Positions 1 through 7,637 of a stretch of 64,000 nucleotides of DNA are shown piece by piece (within the stretch, counting starts at the first letter, position 1; each line of letters begins with the position of its first letter). Source of the stretch: Bacilli bacterium (lineage in GTDB: Bacteria; Bacillota_I; Bacilli_A; RFN20; CAG-826); assembly GCA_041669265.1 (NCBI GenBank), contig JBAYBM010000004.1:1945-65944 (forward strand), read 5' to 3'. Below the pieces are notes generated by a model. It was given only the letters and a program-made list of their open reading frames with translations. It did no database searches and was not told where the DNA came from. Made by a program: the position numbers and the translations under genes.

Positions 1-650
1 AACTAAATCAATTAGGAATCTATAAAGTTTATGATTTAGCTCATTATAATAAGAATTTATTAATGGCTAAATTTGGTGTTTTAGGTGAAGAATTATATGA
101 ACATGCTAATGGTAGAGATGATGCTAAAATTAGAGATAAATATGTTCCAATTAATAAAGGGTTATCACTTGGACAAGTCTTAATGAGAGATTACACAAAA
201 GAGGAAGCTAGATTAATAATTAGTGAAATGTGTGATGAACTAGCTATTAGACTTAGAAAAACAAAATTAGAATGTAATACTGTAGGTTTATATTTAAGAT
301 ATAGTTTAACTTGTGGGGGAGAAGGTTTTGGCAAAAATTGTTCCTTAATGCGCCCAAGCAACTTAAATAGCGAATTAAAGCAAACTTTATTATATTTATA
401 TGACAGTAATGCTTTACATAAGCCAATTAGACAAATAGGAATTTCTTTTACAAATTTAAGTAAACCATCTTATGAACAACTATCATTATTTAAAAATTTA
501 AAAGCAGATGATGATGAACGTAATCTATACGTTGCTCTAGATCAGATAATGGAAAAATATGGTAAAAATAGTGTATTAAAAGGCACATCTTTAACCAAAG
601 AAAGTACAATTAAAGAAAGACATAATCAAATAGGAGGACATCGTAAATGA
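1..650 (+). CDS. Y-family DNA polymerase (DinB/UvrX-like), C-terminal part; 5' end lies outside the window
   Basis: The frame is open from base 3, where LNQLGIYKVYDLAHYNKNLL precedes the first Met at 63. It shows a helix-hairpin-helix/thumb motif plus a little-finger-like C-terminus. The stop overlaps the next start (ATGA at 647-650), and that next gene is YolD-like. Confidence 0.75.
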   Translation, partial: LNQLGIYKVYDLAHYNKNLLMAKFGVLGEELYEHANGRDDAKIRDKYVPINKGLSLGQVLMRDYTKEEARLIISEMCDELAIRLRKTKLECNTVGLYLRYSLTCGGEGFGKNCSLMRPSNLNSELKQTLLYLYDSNALHKPIRQIGISFTNLSKPSYEQLSLFKNLKADDDERNLYVALDQIMEKYGKNSVLKGTSLTKESTIKERHNQIGGHRK

Positions 651-973
651 ATCGTGGAATGAAAAAATGGTTACCGTTTTCTTCTTTAGTTGAACAACAA
701 GACTTTTTAGATAAAATGATTTATGAAAAAAACAAACAACCACGTCCTCAAATTTCAATTGAGCAAGCAAATAAAATAGATCGCATATTAAAAGAATATC
801 CTAAAAACAAACTTACATTTAAATTCTATTTAGATGGATATTTATATACTTTTAATGGAGTTATTAAAAGAATAGATACGCAAAATAAAAAAATATATTT
901 TGAGGATTTCTATTTACCTTTAAAAGATATAATAGATATAGAAGAAGTCGATATATTCGATTCAATAAATTAA
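647..973 (+). CDS. YolD-like small protein (usual downstream partner of Firmicute Y-family polymerases)
   Basis: 108-aa ORF translationally coupled (ATGA) to the polymerase gene. Size and position match the YolD family. The call rests on context, not on a motif. Confidence 0.55.
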   Translation: MNRGMKKWLPFSSLVEQQDFLDKMIYEKNKQPRPQISIEQANKIDRILKEYPKNKLTFKFYLDGYLYTFNGVIKRIDTQNKKIYFEDFYLPLKDIIDIEEVDIFDSIN

Positions 974-975
974 AA

Positions 976-1008
976 ATGCAAATCCGTGAGGGATTTGCAT
1001 TAGTTTTT
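976..1008. terminator. Bidirectional intrinsic terminator between convergent genes
   Basis: Hairpin ATGCAAATCC-GTGAG-GGATTTGCAT, flanked by an A-run upstream and TAGTTTTTATTT downstream. Confidence 0.8.
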
Positions 1009-1022
1009 ATTTAATTAAATTC

Positions 1023-2252
1023 TTATAAAGCCCAATTACCATCTTTAAAGATAGTATGTTCTTTGCCCTTATCATCAATACCAACAATATGCATATCTTT
1101 AGTACCAATCATAAAATCAACATGAGATCCAGAATGATTAATTCCTTTTTTAGTAACTTCATCTAAACTCATATTTTCATAACCTTTCATCAAGGAAGGA
1201 AAACCAGTACCTAATGCTAAATGGCATGAAGCGTTCTCATCATATAAAGTTGAGAAGAATAAAATCTTAGAATTGTTAATTGGCGAATCATAAGCAATTA
1301 AAGCACATTCGCCTAAATAAGAAGAAGATTCATCTACTTCCAACATTTGTTTTAATAATTCTTTTCCTTTTTTGGCGCCATAATCAACTACTTTACCTTC
1401 ATGAAATTTAAACCAAAAATCTTCAACTACTTGGCCTCTATAACTTAAAGGTTTACTAGCATAAACTATACCTTCTGCTTTTCCCCTCATTGGAGAAGTA
1501 AAACATTCTTCACTTGGAATATTTGGTTGATAATAAATATTAGTTCCTAATGTAGTTTCTCCACCACCAAGCCAAATGACATCCTTTATTAAACCAACTT
1601 TAAAATCGGTTCCATTTGATGCTTTATAATGTAATTCTCTTAAATTTAAACTATTTAATTTATCACATTTTTCCTTTAAAACTTCATCATGTTTTTCCCA
1701 ATTTTTAATTGGATCGCCTTCATATGCTCTACTAACTTTTAAGATTGCTTCCCATAAAGCTTTTACAGCTTGAGATTTAGATAATGTTGGAAAACATTTT
1801 TTTGCCCAACCAACACTTGGAACACCAGCAATACACCATTGATATTTTGAATCCATTTCATCACGATAATGTCTAATTAATGGAGTTAAAGATTTTAATG
1901 CTTTTCCATATTTATCCATATTCATTTTCTTTAAAGCATCTGGATCATCACTTTCAATATAGATTCTACATGGTAAAGTGTCATGCCACTTTTTCCATCT
2001 TAAATCTTGCCAATCTCCTAATGTAGATAAGTCTTTTAACTTCTTATGTTTAAAATTTGAAATTGTAATTGTTGGATCGCTCCATAAAACCAAAACATCA
2101 TTCGCACCACATTTATAACATTCTTCTACAAGAATCCTAATAAATTCTGGTTGATCTAAAGAACATTGAATAACAACATCTTGTCCTTTTTGAATATTTA
2201 CTCCAGCTGCAGCAATTAGATGTGCATAGCTTTTAAGTACTTTCTTTTGCAT
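1023..2252 (-). CDS. Aminopeptidase, M29 (AmpS/PepS) family
   Basis: 409 aa. The N-terminus LKSYAHLIAAAGVNIQKGQDVVIQ...GANDVLVLWSD is typical of thermophilic-metalloprotease M29 aminopeptidases. Confidence 0.8.
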   Translation of the reverse strand: MQKKVLKSYAHLIAAAGVNIQKGQDVVIQCSLDQPEFIRILVEECYKCGANDVLVLWSDPTITISNFKHKKLKDLSTLGDWQDLRWKKWHDTLPCRIYIESDDPDALKKMNMDKYGKALKSLTPLIRHYRDEMDSKYQWCIAGVPSVGWAKKCFPTLSKSQAVKALWEAILKVSRAYEGDPIKNWEKHDEVLKEKCDKLNSLNLRELHYKASNGTDFKVGLIKDVIWLGGGETTLGTNIYYQPNIPSEECFTSPMRGKAEGIVYASKPLSYRGQVVEDFWFKFHEGKVVDYGAKKGKELLKQMLEVDESSSYLGECALIAYDSPINNSKILFFSTLYDENASCHLALGTGFPSLMKGYENMSLDEVTKKGINHSGSHVDFMIGTKDMHIVGIDDKGKEHTIFKDGNWAL

Positions 2253-2308
2253 AATAAAACCTCCGTATATTTAAAATTATATAGTTAAGGAGTTTTTTAA
2301 CAAGCAAA

Positions 2309-3136
2309 TTAATCGGCTTTTTCTTCTTTTGGTTTATAAATAAAATGATTACACTCGTATGTTGAATATTTTGCTGTAGTTTCTTTCATAAAATTATAGG
2401 ATTTATCGTGCAAAATTTTAGCATTTTCTAAAGTATCTAATTTTGGATCAATGTACTCTGGGTCACTTATATAAACAGTAAATCTTGGTCTTTTTGAATG
2501 TTTTCTTTTTTGTAAAGTAATACAAAAAGTAATTATAGGAGTTTTAAGTAAGGCTGGGTATTTATAAGAGCCAATTGGAAATTCTCTAATTCCATTATAA
2601 TATGGCCAAATATGGGCTTCTGGAAATATCGTTATAGCATGCTTTTTAGAAAGACGATATTTCATTTCATGAAAAAAGTTTGCGGCAGCACCAATATCAT
2701 TTGGAAGAGGAAATGCTCCCATTGCTTCAACAAGTGTCTTTATGCCTTTAATAGAAACTGTATCAGCATTTACTATAATGTCATTAACATTAGGAAAAGT
2801 TACATGGTTTGTAATAAAAGCATCTCCATCAACTGCTACGTGATTTGAATAAACAAAAAAACCACCTTTTCTAACCTTTTTAACTGCTTTTTTATTAACA
2901 TATTTAACGTTATATTTTATCTTTGCATATAAATAAACAGCTGGCCTTGCGACCATTCTATATATAAAAAAACTAAAAATCTTAAAAAAGATGTTCTTAT
3001 GGTGATATTTAAAATCCGAATTAACTTTTATTGCATGAATATGAGTTCCTGCAAAATCATCATTTAGAGGATCACTATAATAATATGTTTCATCATATTT
3101 TTTAAGCTTTTTCTTTTTCATTTTTCTTTTTCTCAA
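2309..3136 (-). CDS. Acyltransferase, PlsC/LPLAT-like
   Basis: HX4D-type motif (SNHVAVDGD) and an FPEAH block. It has a basic N-terminus. The start is TTG at 3136 or ATG at 3121. It overlaps the end of the upstream glycosyltransferase. Confidence 0.65.
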   Translation of the reverse strand: MRKRKMKKKKLKKYDETYYYSDPLNDDFAGTHIHAIKVNSDFKYHHKNIFFKIFSFFIYRMVARPAVYLYAKIKYNVKYVNKKAVKKVRKGGFFVYSNHVAVDGDAFITNHVTFPNVNDIIVNADTVSIKGIKTLVEAMGAFPLPNDIGAAANFFHEMKYRLSKKHAITIFPEAHIWPYYNGIREFPIGSYKYPALLKTPIITFCITLQKRKHSKRPRFTVYISDPEYIDPKLDTLENAKILHDKSYNFMKETTAKYSTYECNHFIYKPKEEKAD

Positions 3137-4253
3137 TTGTTTCTTTTAACATTGCTTCCATTTTATCCATACATTTGTGGAACTCAAATTCACTAGCATA
3201 TCCACAATATTTTTTACTAAGCTCTTCTTTTTCTTTTGGATGTTCAAACCAATAATCAATCTTTCTTGCAAGATCTTTAGCGTTATTACATTTATATAAA
3301 TTCTTATCAGTTAATGCAAAAGCTTTTGTTGCACAACGAGGAGAATTACAAATTACAGGAACTAAACCACATGATATAGCTTCTAAGCATGAAACAGCTT
3401 CAATTTCTATTATAGATGGATGGCAATATAAATCACATTTATTAATAACATCAACTAATTCATCTCTAGAATAAAATTTAAATATAGGTTGAATAGGAAG
3501 TTTCTTTTTAGCATATTTATGTAACTTATCATTAAGTGGCCCACTACCAGCAAATAATAATTGAATCTTATCTTTATGTTTACTTAAAGAAACAGCCTTA
3601 ATTAAGGTTTTATGTTTCTTTTCTTTTGAATATCTGCCAATAAATAAAATTCTAAATAAACCATCGTCTTCTTTTTTAACATCAATCTTCTTAAATTGAA
3701 CATCTACACCATTAGATATTACATAATGATTAGTAGGTCCAACAATTTTTTCAAAAAGATCGCATATAAATTGGCTTGGATAGTGAATACAATCACAATA
3801 TTTATACATTCTTTTATAAAAAAATCTATATGTTAACCAATTAACAAAATGGCTATTCATCATAAAAACATGTGCCGTAAAATTCTCAGCTTGGCAATGA
3901 AAACCTGCGGAAACAGGGATTCCTGTTTCTCTAGCCATCAATGTTGCGTGATGTCCTAAAGTAAAAGCCATCATACAATGAATAATATCGACACCATCCA
4001 TTGCTTTTTCAATAACATCTTTATCATTTTTTGCAAGAGCAACACCATTTTTTGCAACATATTTGTTTAAAAAATTGCCTAAATTAAGATTTTTAACAAT
4101 ATAAAAACCTGGCTGTCCAATTCTATATTCATCTCCACAAAGCACTCTTACTTCATGACCTTTAGCTTCTAATGATTCTTTTAAATTAAAAGCAGCTATA
4201 GTTGTGCCATTGTTTCTTTCACCTAATACATCACATACTAACAAAACTATCAT
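3102..4253 (-). CDS. GT4-family glycosyltransferase (glycolipid synthase-like, e.g. diacylglycerol glucosyltransferase type)
   Basis: 383 aa with GT-B/GT4 architecture. N-terminus MIVLLVCDVLGERNNGTTIAAFNLKESLEAKGHEVRVL; C-terminal E-x7-E-like region (IIEIEAVSCLEAISCGLVPV). SD GGAG lies 5 nt before the ATG. Confidence 0.7.
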   Translation of the reverse strand: MIVLLVCDVLGERNNGTTIAAFNLKESLEAKGHEVRVLCGDEYRIGQPGFYIVKNLNLGNFLNKYVAKNGVALAKNDKDVIEKAMDGVDIIHCMMAFTLGHHATLMARETGIPVSAGFHCQAENFTAHVFMMNSHFVNWLTYRFFYKRMYKYCDCIHYPSQFICDLFEKIVGPTNHYVISNGVDVQFKKIDVKKEDDGLFRILFIGRYSKEKKHKTLIKAVSLSKHKDKIQLLFAGSGPLNDKLHKYAKKKLPIQPIFKFYSRDELVDVINKCDLYCHPSIIEIEAVSCLEAISCGLVPVICNSPRCATKAFALTDKNLYKCNNAKDLARKIDYWFEHPKEKEELSKKYCGYASEFEFHKCMDKMEAMLKETIEKKKNEKEKA

Positions 4254-4313
4254 ATAGTCTCCAAAATCTTAAATATTTAATTCTCTGTTTATATTATATC
4301 AATTTTTCGATAT

Positions 4314-4349
4314 AAAAAAAGCATTTACTATTTTGAATAAATAAATGCC
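4314..4349 (-). terminator. Intrinsic terminator after the ThyX-like gene
   Basis: Minus strand: GGCATTTA...TAAATGC hairpin followed by TTTTTTT. Confidence 0.65.
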
Positions 4350-4401
4350 TTTTTAATTTAGAAATATTAAATACTAATAATACTAGTTTTAAATACTAGA
4401 T

Positions 4402-5004
4402 TTATTTCTCTGGAGGGACAATACCTGTTAATTCACAGAAATGTGGCAGTTTTAATACCCAATCACAGAAAACATGCCATTCTTTTAATTTGTGTTCTTT
4501 TCTTTGATTATAAATTGTCTTAAGTTGTTGATAGTTTGTTGTCATTGTAGCCCCTAAACAAAATCCACACGGGGTAGAAGCAACCAATTCTCTCCATTTT
4601 ACTTTTCTATTAACAGCATCTGTTTCAGGAATTGCGTTATATTCGTCTTTTATACGAGCACAAATTTTAATAATCCCTGGATCAACTTCTTCTACACATT
4701 GTTTTCCAATATCAAATTTTAATAAACAATGCATTGTTGATTGAGACGAAACAAAATCTAACCAATGATATCTTTGAGCTTCCTTCCACCAATATAATGG
4801 AGCAGTTACGTCAAATTGAACAATAATACCATGTAAATAGTTATCATGTCCTTCTCCACTACGACATCCACCAAGCTTGCTAGCTCTTAAATAATCTTTT
4901 TCTGTGAGAGGAGTTCTATCAAACTCCACTCTCATTGGATTTCCACTAGCTTTAACAGCGTACTCTAATCCATAAACTTCAGTTTTTCCGATACTAAATT
5001 CCAT
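4402..5004 (-). CDS. ThyX-fold (Thy1-like) protein with a degenerate RHR-x7/8-S signature; function unknown
   Basis: 200 aa. The core GHDNYLHGIIVQFDVTAPLYWWKEAQRYHWLDFVSSQS and the C-terminal NYQQLKTIYNQRKEHKLKEW follow the ThyX pattern. The signature reads RYH, not RHR. It has its own SD (GAGGAGG) inside the folD 3' end and overlaps folD by 11 nt. Confidence 0.5.
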   Translation of the reverse strand: MEFSIGKTEVYGLEYAVKASGNPMRVEFDRTPLTEKDYLRASKLGGCRSGEGHDNYLHGIIVQFDVTAPLYWWKEAQRYHWLDFVSSQSTMHCLLKFDIGKQCVEEVDPGIIKICARIKDEYNAIPETDAVNRKVKWRELVASTPCGFCLGATMTTNYQQLKTIYNQRKEHKLKEWHVFCDWVLKLPHFCELTGIVPPEK

Positions 5005-5794
5005 TTTTATATGCCTCCTCTAGGTTTAGTAATAATGCTAATCTTGTTAATAACCCAACTCCTCCAGGGACTGGGGTTTGAAATTTCACTTTTAAATCAG
5101 GAACACAATCACCAATTAAGTGGCCATCTTCTCCTCTATTAATTCCTACATCAACAACAATACAATCTTTCTTAAAATTATATTCGTTTGTTAAAAAATG
5201 AGGTTTTCCTACTGCAACAACAATTAAATCTGCATGTTCAATATAAAACTTCATATCTTCTTTAGTAGTTTTTGAATGTAAATTAATAACGTTCATGCTT
5301 TCATCAAGCAATAAATTATGCATTGGTTTCCCAACAATATTGCTTCGACCAATAATTACAGCATTTTTTCCTTTAAATACAAACCCATTATCTCTTAAAT
5401 ATGTAACAATGCCTTTTGGTGTAGCTGGAGAAAAAGTACTTAATGGATTAAAACCATCAACATCTTTTTTTGGAGTAACACTAATTTTAACTAATTCTTC
5501 ATCAATTTGTTTTGGTAAAGGCATTTGAACGATAAAACCAGTTACTGATTCATCATTATTTAAATCATTAACCACTTTTAATAATTCATTTTGTGTAGTA
5601 GTTATATCAAGTTTAATCAGTTTAGAAGGTAAACCAATTTCATTCAGATCTTTTAATTTTCCTCTTATGTAGGCACAACTCCCTGGATCTTCATTAACTT
5701 GAACAATTGCTAAACAAGGCTTTTTAGTTACACTTAAAAAGTCCTCTTTTAACATCGCTTTCTTGTTGGCGACATATGCTTTAATCTCTTCCAT
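4994..5794 (-). CDS. folD: Bifunctional methylenetetrahydrofolate dehydrogenase/methenyl-THF cyclohydrolase
   Basis: 266 aa with FolD blocks: YIRGKLK, VTGFIVQMPLP, DVDGF, VIIGRSNIVGKPM, TPVPGGVG. Confidence 0.92.
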   Translation of the reverse strand: MEEIKAYVANKKAMLKEDFLSVTKKPCLAIVQVNEDPGSCAYIRGKLKDLNEIGLPSKLIKLDITTTQNELLKVVNDLNNDESVTGFIVQMPLPKQIDEELVKISVTPKKDVDGFNPLSTFSPATPKGIVTYLRDNGFVFKGKNAVIIGRSNIVGKPMHNLLLDESMNVINLHSKTTKEDMKFYIEHADLIVVAVGKPHFLTNEYNFKKDCIVVDVGINRGEDGHLIGDCVPDLKVKFQTPVPGGVGLLTRLALLLNLEEAYKNGI

Positions 5795-5818
5795 ATTAAA
5801 TATTATTATAACGAATCT

Positions 5819-5862
5819 ATTATTTTTTTCATTAAGTTTATGATTATTTTTTCATTAAGTTT
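5819..5862. repeat. Tandem duplication (about 20 nt unit, 24-nt period) in the folD upstream region
   Basis: ATTATTTTTTTCATTAAGTTT (5819-5839) and ATTATTTTTTCATTAAGTTT (5843-5862). Confidence 0.8.
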
Positions 5863-5927
5863 TTTTATTTTAAAAATACCCACAAAAAAAGACTTTTTTT
5901 AAAGCCTTTTTGATTTACTTTTTTAAA

Positions 5928-6233
5928 CTACATTAAGAAACTAGAAATAATATTTAATGCAGTAGTTGTAGTTGTTGTATCACCGCTATCAGTAGTAGTT
6001 GACGTACCAGTTAAAACACTACATAGCAAGGCAAGAAATAAAAATATAATACCAAATCCTAAAGTCATATAAGAAATAATTAACTCAGAACCTCTTTCTT
6101 TTGTTTTAACGAAAACATTAAGTCCTCCACCAGTAATAGCACCTGAAGCACCTTCAGATTTACCACCTTGGAGTAAACTTAAAATAATAATAATGACAGC
6201 TATTACCCAGAAAACATAATCGTACCACTTCAT
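5928..6233 (-). CDS. secG: Preprotein translocase subunit SecG-like
   Basis: 101 aa with two TM helices. The first TM is followed by LLQGGKSEGASGAITGGG, a SecG-type glycine-rich loop. The tail is Thr-rich. Confidence 0.7.
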   Translation of the reverse strand: MKWYDYVFWVIAVIIIILSLLQGGKSEGASGAITGGGLNVFVKTKERGSELIISYMTLGFGIIFLFLALLCSVLTGTSTTTDSGDTTTTTTALNIISSFLM

Positions 6234-6294
6234 AACATAACCTCCAAGTGCCTTAATAGTTTAATATTTATAATATCTTTTGTAAACTTTTTCT

Positions 6295-7605
6295 TCAAGA
6301 ATTTGTGTATTTAGTATTCCTTTTAACTTGTTTCCACTTTGGTTTCTTTACTACACCAAGGAAAATAGCTAAACAATATATAATCATAAAGAAAGGAAAC
6401 ATAAATATTGCAGGTATCATTGATTTAGTATTTTTGATACGCACATTCTTTCTTTGTGTAATAAGAATAAATGTCCCTTGAAATACGAATGCGATATAAA
6501 AAGCAAATAATAAAGCATAACCAATAACAATCCATTCGTTTTGTAAAAATAGTAAATTTTCTGCTGTTGGTCTTAAAAATAAACAATAAAAGAAATCAAA
6601 AACATAATAAATTGGAATCCATGTACAACATAAAACAGCCATTGGTATAAAGAATAATTGTAAGAATAAATCTATATAAGATATTTTAAAAGATATAAAG
6701 AATTTAAAAAACATCTTGAAACCACCAGTCCAGAATAATTTATGAAGTCCATGTCCCATTCTTTCATTACGAACAAATGTATCTTTTAATGATGAAGGTT
6801 GATCTTCAAAAACTTGAGCATCTTCAACATAATGCACTCTATATCCATCCATTATTCTTTTAACAGTGAATTCAGCATCTTCGCTTTCACTCATGCAATC
6901 CCATCCATTAATTTTAGTAATAATATCATAAGAAACCATCATTCCAGCTCCTGTTAACATAGGATTTAAATGTAATCTCTCTCTAACTCTACATGCAAAA
7001 CGTGAATCTCTTAAATAATATAAACCACTTATTTTACTCCAAACATTTTGGTCAAGATTTAAAGAATTTTCACAAGGTCTAGCAATTTTAACACCACTAT
7101 TAAATGCATCATTCATTAAACTTAAGTAATCTTCATTTGCTTTATTATCAGCATCAAACATAATTACAAAATCATACTCTAATCCAAGTTCAAGCATCTT
7201 TCTAAAACCATATTGTAAAGCATATGCTTTTTTATGATGTTTAGGGTCATTATCTTTATGAATAAAGACATTTGCTCCTGCTAATGTAGCAACTTCTGCT
7301 GTATTATCAGTACAATTATCAGCAACAACATAAATATCAAATTTATTTTTAGGATATTTTTGCTTGTTCTTTAAATCTAATATAGTTTGTCTAATTACAC
7401 TCTCTTCGTTTCGAGCAGGAATTAATATTGCAATTCTATTTTTCTTTTTACTTTTAGGAAAGATCTTCTTTTTTAAAAAGAAAAATATCATAAATAAAAA
7501 TTGCCAAAAGAAAGCTAAACCAATCAAACTTAAAAGCACGGAATTTGTTTGAAACATAATTTCGTGAATCCAATCGTACCATTCAAAATATTCCATAAAT
7601 ACCAT
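6295..7605 (-). CDS. Membrane-embedded GT2-family glycosyltransferase
   Basis: 436 aa. One N-terminal TM, a GT-A core (ILIPARNEE, VVADNCTD, FDADN) and several C-terminal TM helices. Confidence 0.75.
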   Translation of the reverse strand: MVFMEYFEWYDWIHEIMFQTNSVLLSLIGLAFFWQFLFMIFFFLKKKIFPKSKKKNRIAILIPARNEESVIRQTILDLKNKQKYPKNKFDIYVVADNCTDNTAEVATLAGANVFIHKDNDPKHHKKAYALQYGFRKMLELGLEYDFVIMFDADNKANEDYLSLMNDAFNSGVKIARPCENSLNLDQNVWSKISGLYYLRDSRFACRVRERLHLNPMLTGAGMMVSYDIITKINGWDCMSESEDAEFTVKRIMDGYRVHYVEDAQVFEDQPSSLKDTFVRNERMGHGLHKLFWTGGFKMFFKFFISFKISYIDLFLQLFFIPMAVLCCTWIPIYYVFDFFYCLFLRPTAENLLFLQNEWIVIGYALLFAFYIAFVFQGTFILITQRKNVRIKNTKSMIPAIFMFPFFMIIYCLAIFLGVVKKPKWKQVKRNTKYTNS

Positions 7606-7637
7606 TTTTTTATTATAACAAATATTAAGTAATATAT

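Noticed and set aside
2612-2848. Many 60-145-aa ORFs antisense to long genes, e.g. 2612..2848, 8146..8523, 10013..10297, 16683..16991, 18876..19310, 24899..25219, 31514..31855, 35656..35928, 62487..62696
   Set aside because: Each lies fully inside a strongly supported gene on the other strand and has low-complexity composition (F/L/S/I-rich), as expected from AT-rich antisense frames. None has an SD or a family motif.
3198-3206. DnaA-box-like ATATCCACA
   Set aside because: It is a single copy with one mismatch, inside a coding region. There is no cluster, so it is not an origin.
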